A stretch of 64,000 nucleotides of DNA from Heptranchias perlo (Eukaryota), in the NCBI RefSeq assembly GCF_035084215.1, contig NC_090352.1, positions 20,832,001 through 20,896,000 of the forward strand, given 5' to 3'. The translations under genes and the position numbers were made by a program. Within the stretch, counting starts at the first letter, position 1, and each line of letters starts with the position of its first letter. Below, piece after piece: positions 13,255-25,958 of the stretch. The notes under the pieces were generated by a model. It made no database searches and was not told the origin of the DNA. It saw nothing but the letters and a program-made list of their open reading frames with translations.

Positions 13255-13560
13255 ATCTTTAGTTGACACATCATAATCCTTCAGATGAGACCATAACCTG
13301 AAATCCCATCTGCTTGTTCTTATGTTTCAGATGCATGTTAAAGGCCCCATAGCACTATTCGAAAAGGAGCAGAGATTTCTCTCAGTGTCGTAGCCAAAAT
13401 ACCTCCCTCAAATTATGCCATCAAAGAAACAAAATCACTGGTCATTTACCTCATTGTTGTTTGAGAGATATTACTGGCATGGAATAACTGTTGTGTTTAT
13501 GCTACATAAAAACAGTCACTAAGCTTCAAAAGTAAATGATTGTGTGAAGTGCTTTGAGAT
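13255..13560 (+). mobile_element. Old Deu-core SINE fragment (SacSINE1/AmnSINE1-like)
   Basis: CCTTCAGATGAGACCATAAC...CCCATAGCACTATTCGAAAAGGAGCAG...CTGGTCATTTACCTCATTG, homologous to the SINEs at 17815 and 30795. Confidence 0.6.
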
Positions 13561-15217
13561 ATTACAATGTTATGCTAGTATTAGCATTGGACATAATTTT
13601 TTAAATGCCCTAAATATATATTTTAAAAATAATCCCACATTTCCAAGATGCTGTATCCCTTTTCCAATTTAACTGTTATGATTTTAGGTCAATTACATAA
13701 ATCCTGAGTTAATCCACTACAATCTATTGACTTCCTTAAGCTGCTTTAAAAGTGCTAATTCCTGGGTGATTTTTTAAAATCAAAGTTATTACAGACTTTC
13801 ACTGAGAAATTGAAGTGGGGGTGGGGCAATGATATCTGTGGTTGGATATAAAGAATTACAATGTCATTGAAATGCTGATGTTACCACCGTGACAAATCTA
13901 TGTTTTGAAGTTTTTAATAAATGTCGCTCCTCCTCCCCACATGTACAGGCTTCCAAACACTGAAAGGAAGGGGTATTTATGAAAGCAAGTGGGTGCAGCA
14001 CCTTTCACTGTATCTCTGGGAAGAACCTAGGGCTACAAATTGCTGGGTTTGGGCAGAGTCAAAAAGCTATCAGCCTGGATTTTCCTCCCGTTGGTAGGTT
14101 AGACATGGTGGTCCTAAAGTCCACCAGTGTGAAACCGCTAATGTGGAACTGCCACTATTTCCTCCCAGAACCCTCAAGAGCCATGCAGGACAGTTTGGAG
14201 GCCAGAAAACCACCCTTCACTGGCTTACCATCTCTAGGAAGGCGAGGAATACTGTTCTGTGCAGCCTTTAAAAGGTCACAGCTATTTACAGTGAAACCTT
14301 GCATTAACAGCTCGAGACACTGCAAGATGGCTGAGGGAGCAGTAGTCTTGAGTGCAGCAACAACATCAAGGGCACCAAAGTATTCCGATGTATCTGTGGA
14401 GGTGCTGCGGGCAGAAGTCAGGGCAAGGAGGGATCGTCTGATGGGCAATGAAGGCAGAGCCCCATAAGATGGTGGTATAGGCTGTCTGGAGGGAGATGGC
14501 AGAGGCAGTCAGTGCAACCTCCAGCACCCCAAGAACTGCCACGCATCAGAAAAGGTTCAATGACCTCATAACGGTGGGCAAGGTAAGGCAAGGAACACGT
14601 GCCAACACACATCCTCTACTAACAATAGAGGCTTCACTCACTCCCTGACCTCTCATACACTCTCTCAGCATTTAGGTTTCAGGGGAATTCATTAATGCGA
14701 AGGCTAACCTCTCCCTCCACTTAACCACCATCTATACTCACCTGCCACTCTTTCAATTTACTTGGCTTGTCACAAGGGCGATTGTTAGTCTTCAAGAATA
14801 CTTCATTTAAAGGGAAAATGCACCTCCAATTCTCATCATCATGGAATTAATGCTTTCATATGGGAGAAAGTGTCCACGACGCTCACAGGTCTCTGTAGTT
14901 GTCTTCTCTCCTTTCAAAGGAAAAGCTGACCTATAACTAGCACCAGTGAAATATCACTGGGGGAGGACCACATGACAAAAGACCTTGAATCCTCAGGAAG
15001 AGAAAGCTCTCCAAATTCTGGACAGATGCACAGAAAAGCCTGTCAGCGAGGGCGAGTTTGGAGGTGGACTAGCAGCAGAAGCCATCATCATCATTGTTTT
15101 CATGTTCCAGCAAGAGTAAGCCTTTCTTTTTGCCAATACTGTGAAGAATGCAACATGATACAATGATCCTGAAGAGCCTGACTGAGCTGTACTGCAATGT
15201 TCCACCAGATTTATCTA

Positions 15218-15464
15218 TGATGTGGAGATGCCAGTGATGGACTGGGGTGGACAAATGTAAGGAATCTTACAACACCAGGTTATAGTCCAACAAATTTATT
15301 TTAAAATCACAAAAATTTGATTGGTGTGATGCTGTCCCAACATAGTATAAGATATGCGATTTGAGAACCTTTTCATTCATTCATCTGACGAAGGAGATAA
15401 TCTCCGAAAGCTTGTGATTTTAAAATAAATTTGTTGGACTATAACCTGGTGTTGTAAGATTCCT
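15218..15464. mobile_element. Penelope-like element remnant with 12-bp TSD, nested in the Harbinger
   Basis: TSD CAGATTTATCTA at 15206-15217 and 15465-15476; perfect ~53-bp inverted arms at 15260-15312 and 15412-15464. Confidence 0.82.
15381..15417 (+). ncRNA. Minimal type I hammerhead ribozyme
   Basis: TCAT-CTGACGA-A-GGAGA(TAA)TCTCC-GAAA-GC-TT-GTGA; helix II closes with A-U where the copy at 4070 has G-C. Confidence 0.72.
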
Positions 15465-17609
15465 CAGATTTATCTAGGCAACTAAAATGAGACTTCAGAA
15501 TGCCTGTAGTCTACTCTACAACACTTTGCTTGGTTGCATTGGCCTCATAATATCTGTTGATCTGTCTGTGGAAATCTCACTGGAATCATCAGCCATGAGG
15601 AGGAAATGGCCCTGGGCACCAATTAACCACCCTGATACACGACCTTAAGTCATGAAGGCTGGATTAGTGAATTGCCACATAATGAAAATCATGGCAGTTC
15701 CCTGGGTTCTGATATTGACATGTAGGATCAGGTGATGAGCACCACACTAGCTGTCCATTGATGGAATGGAAGCCCTTTCTGTTCATAAAATAAAGGGAGT
15801 TTTCATAGGGCACTTTGAGTGGCATGAGTTCCATCAATTGCTCCCTGTACCTTTGAGGAGCCAGCCAGCCAGCCTATAGAACTGAACAGCTCTGTTTCAG
15901 TTGAGAAGGAAATTAAATGTGTAGCCCTCCGGAAGAGAGCATCTGTGACCTTCTTAATGCAGCAGTGAATTGGTGACTGGCTAATGTGGTACAGGTCATT
16001 TGATATTGCCCGGAAGGATCCAGATGCAAAGAAGTTTAAGGCAGTGGTGACCTGGAATGGTATAGACAATGCTGTCTTCCTGATGGAAATGGATTGCAGG
16101 TCTTCAGCCAGCAATCGACAGATGTTCCCAGTCCCCAATAACCTCTGGCGGGAAGCACAGCTTTCTGAAGCACAGATGTTCAGAGAGGACTAAGTAAGAC
16201 CTTTTTTGGTTTGCAGAACTTGGTGACTGAGCATCCACATGTATGGAAGAGACACTTTCTATGATGCCTGATTTTAATCTGACCTTGCATGTCCTCTTCC
16301 TTATCATAACACAAAATAAAGGTATTCCCATTGGGAAATCCATGTCTAGAGTACTAAGCAGTATTTTAAGCAGAGCTGAATAAAAGTAGCAGCAAAAGTC
16401 CTGACTTAACTTCCAAAGTACTTTAAAGAATGCAATGCGGGCAAAGAAACACCACCCTTCAGTATGAGCACACAAAATAGGTTCCTCCAACTGTATCTCC
16501 CTCAGGGATACTTGCTGCAATCTGTACTACCACATTTATAGTGATGTTAATTATTTGGAGCCGATTTAGAGCAGAAATGGAGAGTAATTGGTCAGAGGGA
16601 TTGGCTTTTGCCCCCTTAATCCCATTTACTGGGGGTGGAAACATGTCTGGTGGGTCTTTAAGGGGAGTGATGGATTTTTGGGATGAGAATGGAGGTGCAG
16701 TTTTTTTTGTGGTGGATTTGAGGTAATAGCCTGAAGGACCTCATTCTGCACTTTTTACCATCCAAATCCATGCCAATCGGGAGGGGGAGAGGGGAGGGTG
16801 GTAACACAGAGACGAATCCCCCCCCATTACTGTCAGCAATGCAGGACAGAATAATTTCCATGAAGAGAAGAAATACAGAACATATAATTCTTACACTTGT
16901 TTTACGAGTTTTAAAAGACTTTTGTAAGGAATTTAACAGCTACAAAAGCATTTGATTTAGTCCAAACCCAGGCATCAAAACTGAGGCTGTCTTCGACAAC
17001 AATGAGATCTAAGATCCATTGTCTCTGGAGACACTTTTATCAGATAAAACAGTGAACTGTGAAGGGGAAAAGTGATTTAAATCAGCATTTTATTAAATCT
17101 TAATGAAGGTGCCCTCACTAACCAAGCTCTTTTAGAATGTAAAGAATATTAGTTTTATCAATGCTGCCACAATGTAGACTGTGCTTTGTTATTTTGTTAT
17201 AAAATAACCATCACTTCCAGCCCTGGTATGCCACTAGGCAGTATTTGAAGTCTTATCAATAAAGTGCAGATAATATAAAACACCTAATCAACTCAGTTGC
17301 TTTGCACATATAACTCTAGCAAACCCAAAAGATGTCAACCTTGTTGGCAGCGATTATAAATCACAGTCTGGTTCCTCGCAGCATGCTGTCATCAGCATTA
17401 GGAATCATTGATCTGTAAAGGAGTTTCCCATGAGCAACAGGAAAATTTGCAGTTCCTATGGCAACATATTTACATTCTTTCAGATGTGGTCACCTCTATC
17501 ATTTGGATCAAAAGAGGGTTTTTGTTTTTCGAGTCAAAAAATATTAGCATTCCACTGGGGCCCTTTATTACCTGCAGATAGAGATTTTATTTTTTTAAAA
17601 TAAAATGAG

Positions 17610-17740
17610 CCCAATCCAATGTGGCAGGCAGCGCACTTCCGGCATGGAATGCGCGAGCATGCGCTGCCCGCCATATTGATTGCCTAGGCACCAGCTTTAC
17701 GCCTGTGAAACTGGTGCGCGCCAAAGAATTTCTTGGCCCC
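17610..17740. mobile_element. Harbinger-type MITE terminal fragment
   Basis: CpG-rich patch with GCCATATTG..AGGC.CC..TTT.CGC also seen at 25760-25800; ends AATTTCTTGGCCCC. Confidence 0.35.
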
Positions 17741-17814
17741 TGTCCGACAAGATCAGACTCTGCTATAATGCTTCCGATAATCAAATAGGAGGCTATTTGA
17801 TTATAAGAAAGAAG

Positions 17815-18262
17815 GGCTTGCATTTTATATAGCACCTTTCACGATCTCAGAACATCCCAACTGCTCTACAGCCAATTAAGTACTTTTTAAATGTAGTCAC
17901 TGTTGTAATGTAGGAAATGCAGCGGTCAATTAATGCACAGCAAGCTCCCACAAACAGCAATGTGATAATGACCAGATAATCTGTTTTAGTTTAGGGATAA
18001 ATGTTGTCCAGGACACCGAGGATAATTCCCCTGCTCTTCTTCAAAATAGTGCCATGGGATCTTTTCTGTCCACCTGGGAAGGCAGACGGGGCCTCGGTTT
18101 AACGTTTAATCCTAAAGACGGCACCTCCGACAGTGCAGCACTCCCTCATTAATGTACTGGAGTGTCAAGCTGGATTTTGTACTCAAGTCTCTGTAGTGGG
18201 ACTTGAACCCACAACTTTCTGACTCAGAGATGAGAATGCTATCAGCTGAGCCACAGCTGACA
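17815..18262 (-). mobile_element. Near full-length tRNA-derived Deu-core SINE (SacSINE1-like)
   Basis: Minus strand has A box TGGCTCAGCTGATAGC, B box GGTTCAAGTCC, Deu-like core (GCACTGTCGGAGGTGCCGTCTTT...CCCATGGCACTATTTTGAAGAAGAGCAGGGG) and an L2-type tail GTGCTATATAAAATGCAAG. Confidence 0.85.
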
Positions 18263-18553
18263 CATATAGAAAGCATTATAACAGAATCTGATCTTGTCTT
18301 TACCTGAAATCCACATTTGCTTACATTCTAGCAGGGGTCACTGGTCTGCAATCAGAAGTGGGAACTGTGTTAGATTTCTCCCCTCCCTAGCCCAGGGTAT
18401 TGAGGCCAAAGTTCTATCGCAGGTTTATGCTGAGTTAGCCAATCTCAGATAGAATGGCAGTAGGGTTCATTTAGCCTCCGCATCTCTCGGTTAGCAAGGG
18501 ATAAAAAAAAAATCAACCAGTGTTTCAACCTGCTGATCCTTGCTAGAAAGAAT

Positions 18554-18675
18554 GCGAGTAATTTTAACTTTAAATTTTGAATTCAATGGAATGGAAAGTC
18601 AGGTGGGGTGTATAACAGGTAGCTGCTCCGACATTGTCCATTTTACCATAATCGCTGAAAGATAAAATTACTCCC
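18554..18675. mobile_element. ~120-bp MITE
   Basis: Terminal inverted repeats GCGAGTAATTTTA / TAAAATTACTCCC. Confidence 0.5.
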
Positions 18676-18750
18676 AGCGTGTGTGTAATCAAGGGAGGGG
18701 ACATGTTCAGGTTCATCCGTGATGCCATGATGGAATTGCCCGCTGACACT

Positions 18751-19534
18751 CATAGAATCATGGAATGATACAGCATAGAAGGAGGCCATTCGGCCCATCA
18801 TGCCTGTGCCGGCTCTTTGAAAGAGCTATCCAATTAGTCGTACTCCCCTGCTCTTTCCCCATAGCCCTGTAACTTTTTCCACCAAGTATTTATCCAATTC
18901 CCTTTTGAAAGTTACTATTGAATCTGCTTCCACCATCCTTTCAGGCAATGCATTCGAGATCATCACAACTTGCTGCATAAAAAACTTTTTCCTCATGTCG
19001 CATCTGGTTCTTTTGCCAATTACCTTAAATTTGTGTTCTTTGGTTACTGACCCTTCTGCCATTGGAAACAGTTTCTTCTTATTTATATAACTACATGATT
19101 TTGAACACCTCTTTCAAATCTTTCCTTAATCTTCTCTGCTCTAAAGAGAAGCACACCAGATTCTCTAGTCTCTCCACGTAACTAAAGTCCCTCATCCCTG
19201 GTACCATTCTTGTAAATTTCCTCTCGAAGACCTTGACGTCCTTCCTAAAGTGTGGTGCCCAGAATTGAACACAATACTCCAGCTGGAGCCTAACCAGTAT
19301 TTTATCAAGGTTTAGCATAACTTCCTTGCTTTTGTACTCCATGCCTCTATTTATAAAGCCATGGATCCCATATGCCTTTTTAACAGCCTTCTCAACTTGT
19401 CCTGCCACCTTCAAAGACTTGTGTACGTACACCCCCAGATCTCTCTGTTCCTGCACCCCCTTTAAAATTGTACCATTTAGTTTATATTGCCTCTCCTCAT
19501 TCTTCCTACGAAAATGAATCACTTCACTCTTCTC
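18751..19534 (-). mobile_element. CR1 LINE 3' fragment
   Basis: ORFs 19091-19522 (EQRDLGVYVHKSLK..LEYCVQFWAPH) and 18826-19062 (HKFKVIGKR..FFMQQVV); ATTCTATG-type tail. Confidence 0.9.
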
Positions 19535-20294
19535 GTGATATATAATATTGCCAATGGTGTAGGAAAGCTTCTCCTGTCTATGAAACTATATCCCAGGGTG
19601 AGTCATGATCTCCATGGGAAAAGGGGAAAGATATCTTAGCACAATTAATCCTTCCCAGGAATACTGTATTATATCACCTGGCATACTGCCACCTTGTCAA
19701 GAAAATAAGTAGTTTTGTTTATTCTTACGTAAAGTAAAAGGAGGAGTCATGTTTAGTAATTTTCTTGATGCTTTAGCTAAGGTTTTATTATATTTCTGAG
19801 AGATTGACACTGAAGTAGTGTAGAGCTCATATTTATTTCTCAGTTGATGAGGGTTTAATGGAGCATTGATTTTTAGGGGGTTTTCTAAGAACCAACAGAA
19901 TGGCAAACAATTAGGTTTTTTTTAAGACAGTGATTCATTGATCCAGGACTAAGTTTTTTTCTATCGTTAATGCAGGAGTTGACTCATTGCGAATTAAAAA
20001 AAACAAGTACACTCACTATGTTATCTTGAAGCACAGAGCTGCTACTGCATTGATCACTTTGCTGTCCAATTCTTCAAACAGCATCCAGTTATTGTTTATT
20101 ATAATACTTTAATTTTTAAATCAGTAAATGCGTGGACTTGAAATGAATAAAATTTGGTTTACTTAAATTGGTCAACTTTAGAAACACAGCCACAGCTGAA
20201 ATTAGTTTTCAACCTCCAAATTTTCTTACGACTTATACCTACAGAGTCCCAGTTTAGAAATAACAACAAATGGGTTTCTAATACAAGACCCATT

Positions 20295-20591
20295 AGCCTG
20301 GATCCTCCACCACCATCCTGCCCAATTTTGCAAGGAATGGCAGCAGAGAATGAGGGAAAATTCCAGTGGTGAGGCCTAGGTTTCTGGTGCTTCTTCTGGT
20401 GCTATAGCAGCGAGACTTTGCAGCCGGACACTATTGGGCTCCCACTTGGCAGTGAGAATCCCATTTGAAGCTTGCCTTGCATCTTCAATGACCCCGACCC
20501 AGGAAAATAGGTCAGTTTTGGGACAGAGTCAGAAGAGCGGTCCGAAGTCCCGCCCCACCAGAACTCTAGCCCAAAGAGGAGAATCCAGGCC
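20295..20591. mobile_element. ~300-bp Harbinger-type MITE
   Basis: TIRs AGCCTGGATCCTCC / GGAGAATCCAGGCC; ATT on both flanks (20292-20294, 20592-20594). Confidence 0.65.
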
Positions 20592-20704
20592 ATTGACTCT
20601 GCCACTTTCTTGTCATCCCAAGGATTTAACTTGTCCAGCTTTGAGTTCCTTTATTAATGACAACAGATTTTCAACCAGGAAACACGTTACATTTTTGTTT
20701 TCTA

Positions 20705-21940
20705 GGTATAAACAATGAAGAGTAGTCAGCACAGATTTCAGAAGGGAAACTCATGCTTGATCAACCTTATTGAATTCTTTGAAGAAGTAACAGAAAGGGT
20801 AGACAAGGGTAATGTAATAGATGTAACAAATTTGGATTTTCAAAAGGCCTTCGATAAGGTACTGCATTGTAGACTCATGATTAAAGTCAGAACATATGGA
20901 GTCAGGGGACAGGTAGCAGAATGGATAGCAAACTGGCTACAAAACTTAAAACAGAGAGTAGGGCTTAAGGGTAGCTACTCAGACTGGCAGAAGGTGGGAA
21001 GTGATGTTCCACAGTTGTTCACAATTTACATTAACGATTTGGACTTGGGAATCCGAAGTACAATTTCAAAATTTGCGTACGACACCAAATTGGGGGGTGG
21101 TAGTTAATACAAAGAACACAACAAAATGCAAGAAGACATTAATAAACTTGCAGCATGGGTGTGTAATTGGCAAATTAATTTCAATATAGATATGTGTGAG
21201 GAGGTGCATTTTGGTAGGAAGAATAAGGAGGCCACATACAGGTTGGATAATAAGTCTAAATGGGATAGAGGAGCAGAGGGATCAAGGGGTACAGATACAC
21301 AAATCACTAAAAGTAGCAGGTTAATAAGGCCATAAAAAGGCAAACCAAGCACTGGGATTCATTTCTAGAGGGATAGAATTGAAAAGCAGAGAAGTTATGT
21401 TAAACTTGTATGGAACCTTGGTTAGACCACAATTCTCGTCTCCATATAATAAAAAGGATATAGACGCATTGGAGAAGGTGCAATAAAGATTCATACGGAT
21501 GATACCAGAACTGAGAGGATATACTTATCAGGAAAGACTGAACAGGCTGGGGTTCTTTTCTCTAGAAAAGAGAAGGCTGAGGGGTAACCTGCTAGATGTC
21601 TTTAAGCTAATGGAAGGGTTTGATGGGGTAGATATAGAGAAAATGTTTCCACTTGTGTGGGAGTCCAAAATTAGACATCATAAATATAAGATAGTCACTA
21701 ATAAATCCAATTAGGAATTCAGGAGAAACTTCTTTACCCAAAGAGTGGTAACAAGGAGCAGTTGAGGAAAATAGCAATAATGCATTTAAGGGGAAGCTAG
21801 ATAAGCACACGAGTGAGAAAAGAACAGAAGGGTTTGCTGATAGGTTTAGATGAAGTAGGGAGGGAGGAGGTTCATATGGAGCATAAACACTGACATAGGC
21901 CAGTTGGGCCAAATGACCTGGTTTTGTGCTGTAGACTCGA
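20705..21940 (+). mobile_element. CR1 LINE RT/3' fragment
   Basis: SQHRFQKGNSCLINLIEFFEEV..LDFQKAFDKV..FTIYINDLD..SKFAYDTK; ERLNRLGFFSLEKRRLRG; 3' tail GGGCCAAATGACCTG. Confidence 0.9.
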
Positions 21941-24107
21941 AGTAACTTGATGTAAATTGATGTAATTGTTTGAATGAGAACCATATAACCATGAAATAAT
22001 GCAGATGCGATGTCCCAGATTTTCTGCTCAGGCAAAATCCTGAGCGGATAGAGGATTGAGTATAAATCATGCTCGCTTGATGCCAACCGAACCGACCTCA
22101 CAGCAGTTTCTAGGACCAGCCTAATTTTGATAATTTGAGCAAGGTCCAAAAATCGGGACCACCCAGTACTGGCAATACCCAGCAGTAGTGGCATGGCAGA
22201 AATGGGTATGATTTGCTTTGGGTCAACCTAAGGATGTGATAAGTCACTATATAAATGCAAGCTCTTTCTTTCTTAAATAACACTGAATTGGAAATCACAA
22301 CACCCAAGGAAAAAGAAAATCAAACCTAGTCCTAAATTTTAGTTAGAGCAAATTCCTCTGTGATGTGATTGAAGTTGGACTGGTTCCCTCAGGATCAGGG
22401 AACAACTTCAATTAGTTAGGGTATTTGCTTGGTGTTTCAGGAGATAGTGAGGTTAGGGCCTGGGAGCCAAAACTGTTGAGATTGGAGCGGGTTAACATGA
22501 CAAAAATTGGGACCCAACAGAATCAGTTCAGGGAAGTAGGAAGATTTGGGAAAGGGAGGCACAGCACGGATACTTAGCTTTGGAAGTGATGCCAATATTG
22601 CCATGAAATTTAATAATGACCTCTGAAGGACTCTCAGTTTGGAAACTGATCCTAATTTGAACACCAAAGAGCATGCTATGAACTCCTGGTTTGGTTATGT
22701 CAATGTTGATTATTATTGCCAAATGCTGCTTTGATGGCAAGTACCACTTTATTGTTATGGCACCAAATGGAGTCTCTCACAATCAGTGGGTAAGCTGGCT
22801 ACATTGAGTGCAGTTGGCAGACTAGGCTCCAGAATCACTTCTAAGCATGGAACTGTTGTCATTGCAGGTCTCCATTTGATTTTGTGTAAAATTGTAACAG
22901 TCAGTAAACAGAGAATGGAATTTGCAAGGCTGATATATAAGGGGTAATTTTGTACTCCTGGTGGGGAGTCTAACCCATCGACAGCGCATATTGGAAATTC
23001 AGGCACGCAGCTGAGTATGATTCGCAGACAATTACTTTAAATGGTTGAAAATGCATACCCAGTATGAGTTCACATTTTTGATATGTGCTCCCAGTGGGTG
23101 AGACTCCCTGACAGGAGTGAAAATTCAGAAAATAATCTCTGCAGAAGCTGGAGGAGGGGAATATATCAAACACTAAAGGAAAGGATACGTACAAAATACA
23201 CCATTTTCTTCTTACTTAAATCTAAGAATTCAGTCTAAATTTCAGTATTTCACAGAATTAAGGTGCAGATTATATAGCAGAATGATATGAGAAGAGAATT
23301 ATGGGGACAATATTACAATGGCAGTTGCCAGATGCACTAAAGTGCACAAATGCCTTAGGCATACAACTTGTCCAAGGAACTCAGCACACCCAAAATAGAT
23401 GTGGTGTGCGCAAAGTGGGCTGGGAGCCCCTGCACAAGTTATATACAAGTCTCATCAGACCCTCGACTTTCATATAAATTAGGTGGGGTCCAATAATGTG
23501 ATGGGAGTACCTGAGCAATGCTACAGCTGTGAAGTACCCATTTGGATAGGGTGAGGTCACCATTAAAGAAAAGTCCTGGCATCCCTGCCCATGGCACCCT
23601 GGGCATCCCTGCTCCTTGCCCAGTGCCTCTCCTCCCCATTATAGTCCATCGCTGCTAGCGCCTGACATTACGGCCCTGGTGCTCCCAGCATGTCACGAGT
23701 GATGCAGGTGGAGAGCCACAGAACTGTGCCTTGTCCAGTGAGGTCAGCATATTTGTGCCTAGGCGCGTACAGTGCCTGCTCATTTCAAATGTTATTTCCC
23801 AAAAATTAAAAGTAAAACTTTGATTAAGACCTCGAAGTTGCAAATCATCAGTCTATGCAGCTTTAAATGCATCATTATGAAAATATTTTTCATTGGGAAG
23901 TTTTTCCCGGTCTCTGTTGAAAGAATTTCTGCAGGGTATTCTACAAAGTTTGTCAATTTTCAGGAAAGGTGAAGAACAATTCTTTTCTTTAAACTGGATC
24001 AGCACTAGAATATAAAATAGAAGTGTTGTTTGCCTTAGATGCTTGCTAATGTCCTTTTTGGCTAACAACTGGTGTTAGACCTGATAGATATAATGATGCG
24101 AAACATT

Positions 24108-25040
24108 GGGCACGATTTTAAAAGTGAAAAACGGGTGGGTTGGGGGCGGGGGTGGGGGGCATTCAAAATCGCAACCATTTCAAACCTGCCCCCAACCCGC
24201 CCATTTCCAGTTTTCACCAGGGTGGGACGAGGGGTGGGGCTTAAAACCTTTCAAGGAAGCTGTGGGCCTCCATTGTTCAACAGTTTCCGATTTCAACCCT
24301 GGGGGGCCGGGATTCTCGGGCCTTCTCTTTCACGCCACGTGAAAGGAGGTGAGAAGACCTGAGACTAACAGGTAGGTGCCTTTCTGGCATAGCTTGTGGG
24401 CCTGGAGGAGCAGGAGTGCTTCCCCCAGGCCCAACAAGCCTACCTGCAGCGACCACCCAACGATAGCGGACCCCCGACCCCGACTGCCCCCCTACAATTG
24501 CAAAGCCCTGTGATGACCCCGATCCCCACGAACTATCGCAGAACCCCGGGATGACCTCCGACCCCCCCCAACGATCGCAGGCCCCCATGATAACCCGTCC
24601 CTCCCAATTACTACGGATCCCCGCAATGACCCCCGACCCCCCCAACCATCGCGGACCCCGCAATGACCCCCGATCCTGACACCCCCCCGTGACTGACCCC
24701 CAATCCCTCCCCCCATGACTGACTCCCCACGTGAACCCTGTGTCAACCCATGCCCTGTGCCAACCCACGCCCCCGTGCCAACCCACGCCCCAATACCACC
24801 CCTCCCCAACCCCATCCACACAAACAAAGACTTACCTGAACACGTCCTCTCCCTGCCTGGTCACCAGTCCGACTGAGACCAGCCTGTCAATCAGTCGGAC
24901 GGCAAACCGACAAAATAAAAGACGTCCTTACGTCAAAATCGTAAGGATGTTCTGGAAACCCGTACTTCTGGGTTTCCCATCCGCAATTTGCCCCCCTCCG
25001 CCCCTCACCCTCTTCTAGGCTCGGAGTCAAAATCATGCCC
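24108..25040. mobile_element. Non-autonomous PIF/Harbinger-type MITE (family A, copy 2)
   Basis: TIRs GGGCACGATTTT / AAAATCATGCCC; TSD ATT (24105-24107, 25041-25043); homologous to 10092-10924. Confidence 0.85.
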
Positions 25041-25958
25041 ATTAAATTTGCCTCATACAGTGGGCTTATATCTCTTGCCTTTGGGCATGCTAAGAAATTT
25101 TTATCTTCTAAAGTCAGACACAAAAGGTAGCCCTAACAAGCTTGTCAGATTTTGTTTCCCGTGGCTATGAGTCGATGTCAGCTTGTACTTCCCCGTTGTG
25201 TCAGGCATCAGGTATAGTTTACTCTCCTTGAGTCATTTGTTAATTGCTTCTCTCGTTGCAAACATTAGATCTAATTCATCAAGGTGTTAGCAAGCAACAA
25301 TATTGCAAGTAAATAACTAGAACCCAGTCAACATGGAAATTTAAGCTGAAATCTATTCTAGTTCTCCAATATAGTAGGTCCTAGGTAAGGGTTGAAGCAT
25401 TCGGAGGGAAGAGTGATTGAGAGGTTGTGGGGAGGGGGTTATTGGGTGAGGGGCCACACAGGGGCCAGTAATGGTCTCTGGCACTGCAGTGAACCCAGGA
25501 AGAGCACATTCTTTTAAAAGTTACCTTTTTGGTGGCGGCCTCCAGCTGTCCCTTTAAGGACCACACGTACACCATGGTTTCCTGCTCAAGTGAGCAGCCC
25601 AATTTTGCAAAGGGTGCCTCAAACAGGCGTTAAGCCCCTATTTGCATATACAAAGAACCCAACACCTGTATCAGGCACAGGCCTTAGACGCCTCTTTTTC
25701 TGACTTCACTAATATGGCGGGTGGCACACTCCCAGCGCTTAATAAGCCGTGCGGCCCGACTGCCATATTGGATACTTAGGCGCCTGTTTTGCGCTTAACA
25801 AACGGGCACAACGCATTGAATTTCTCGATATGACACCAGACGAAATCGGTTCGAGACCTCCTGGAGGAGGAAGTCTCACTCCACTTTGCTTGAGATTCAG
25901 CTCCCGTCTTCACACCAAATTTAGACTCCAAGCAGTTTCAGCTTGACACTGACACTAA

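Larger units (their letters stand above)
14030..16530. mobile_element. Decayed autonomous-type Harbinger transposon: Myb/SANT ORF on +, HARBI1-like transposase on -
   Basis: + strand 14327-14582 MAEG..RAPKYSDVSVEVL..VWREMAEAVSA..RKRFNDL then AG|GTAAGG; - strand 15803-16200 QVTTALNFFASGSF..ISQSPIHCCIKKVTDAL..VQGAIDGTH; left end GGGCTACAAATTG, possible right end CAATCTGTACTAC. Confidence 0.8.
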
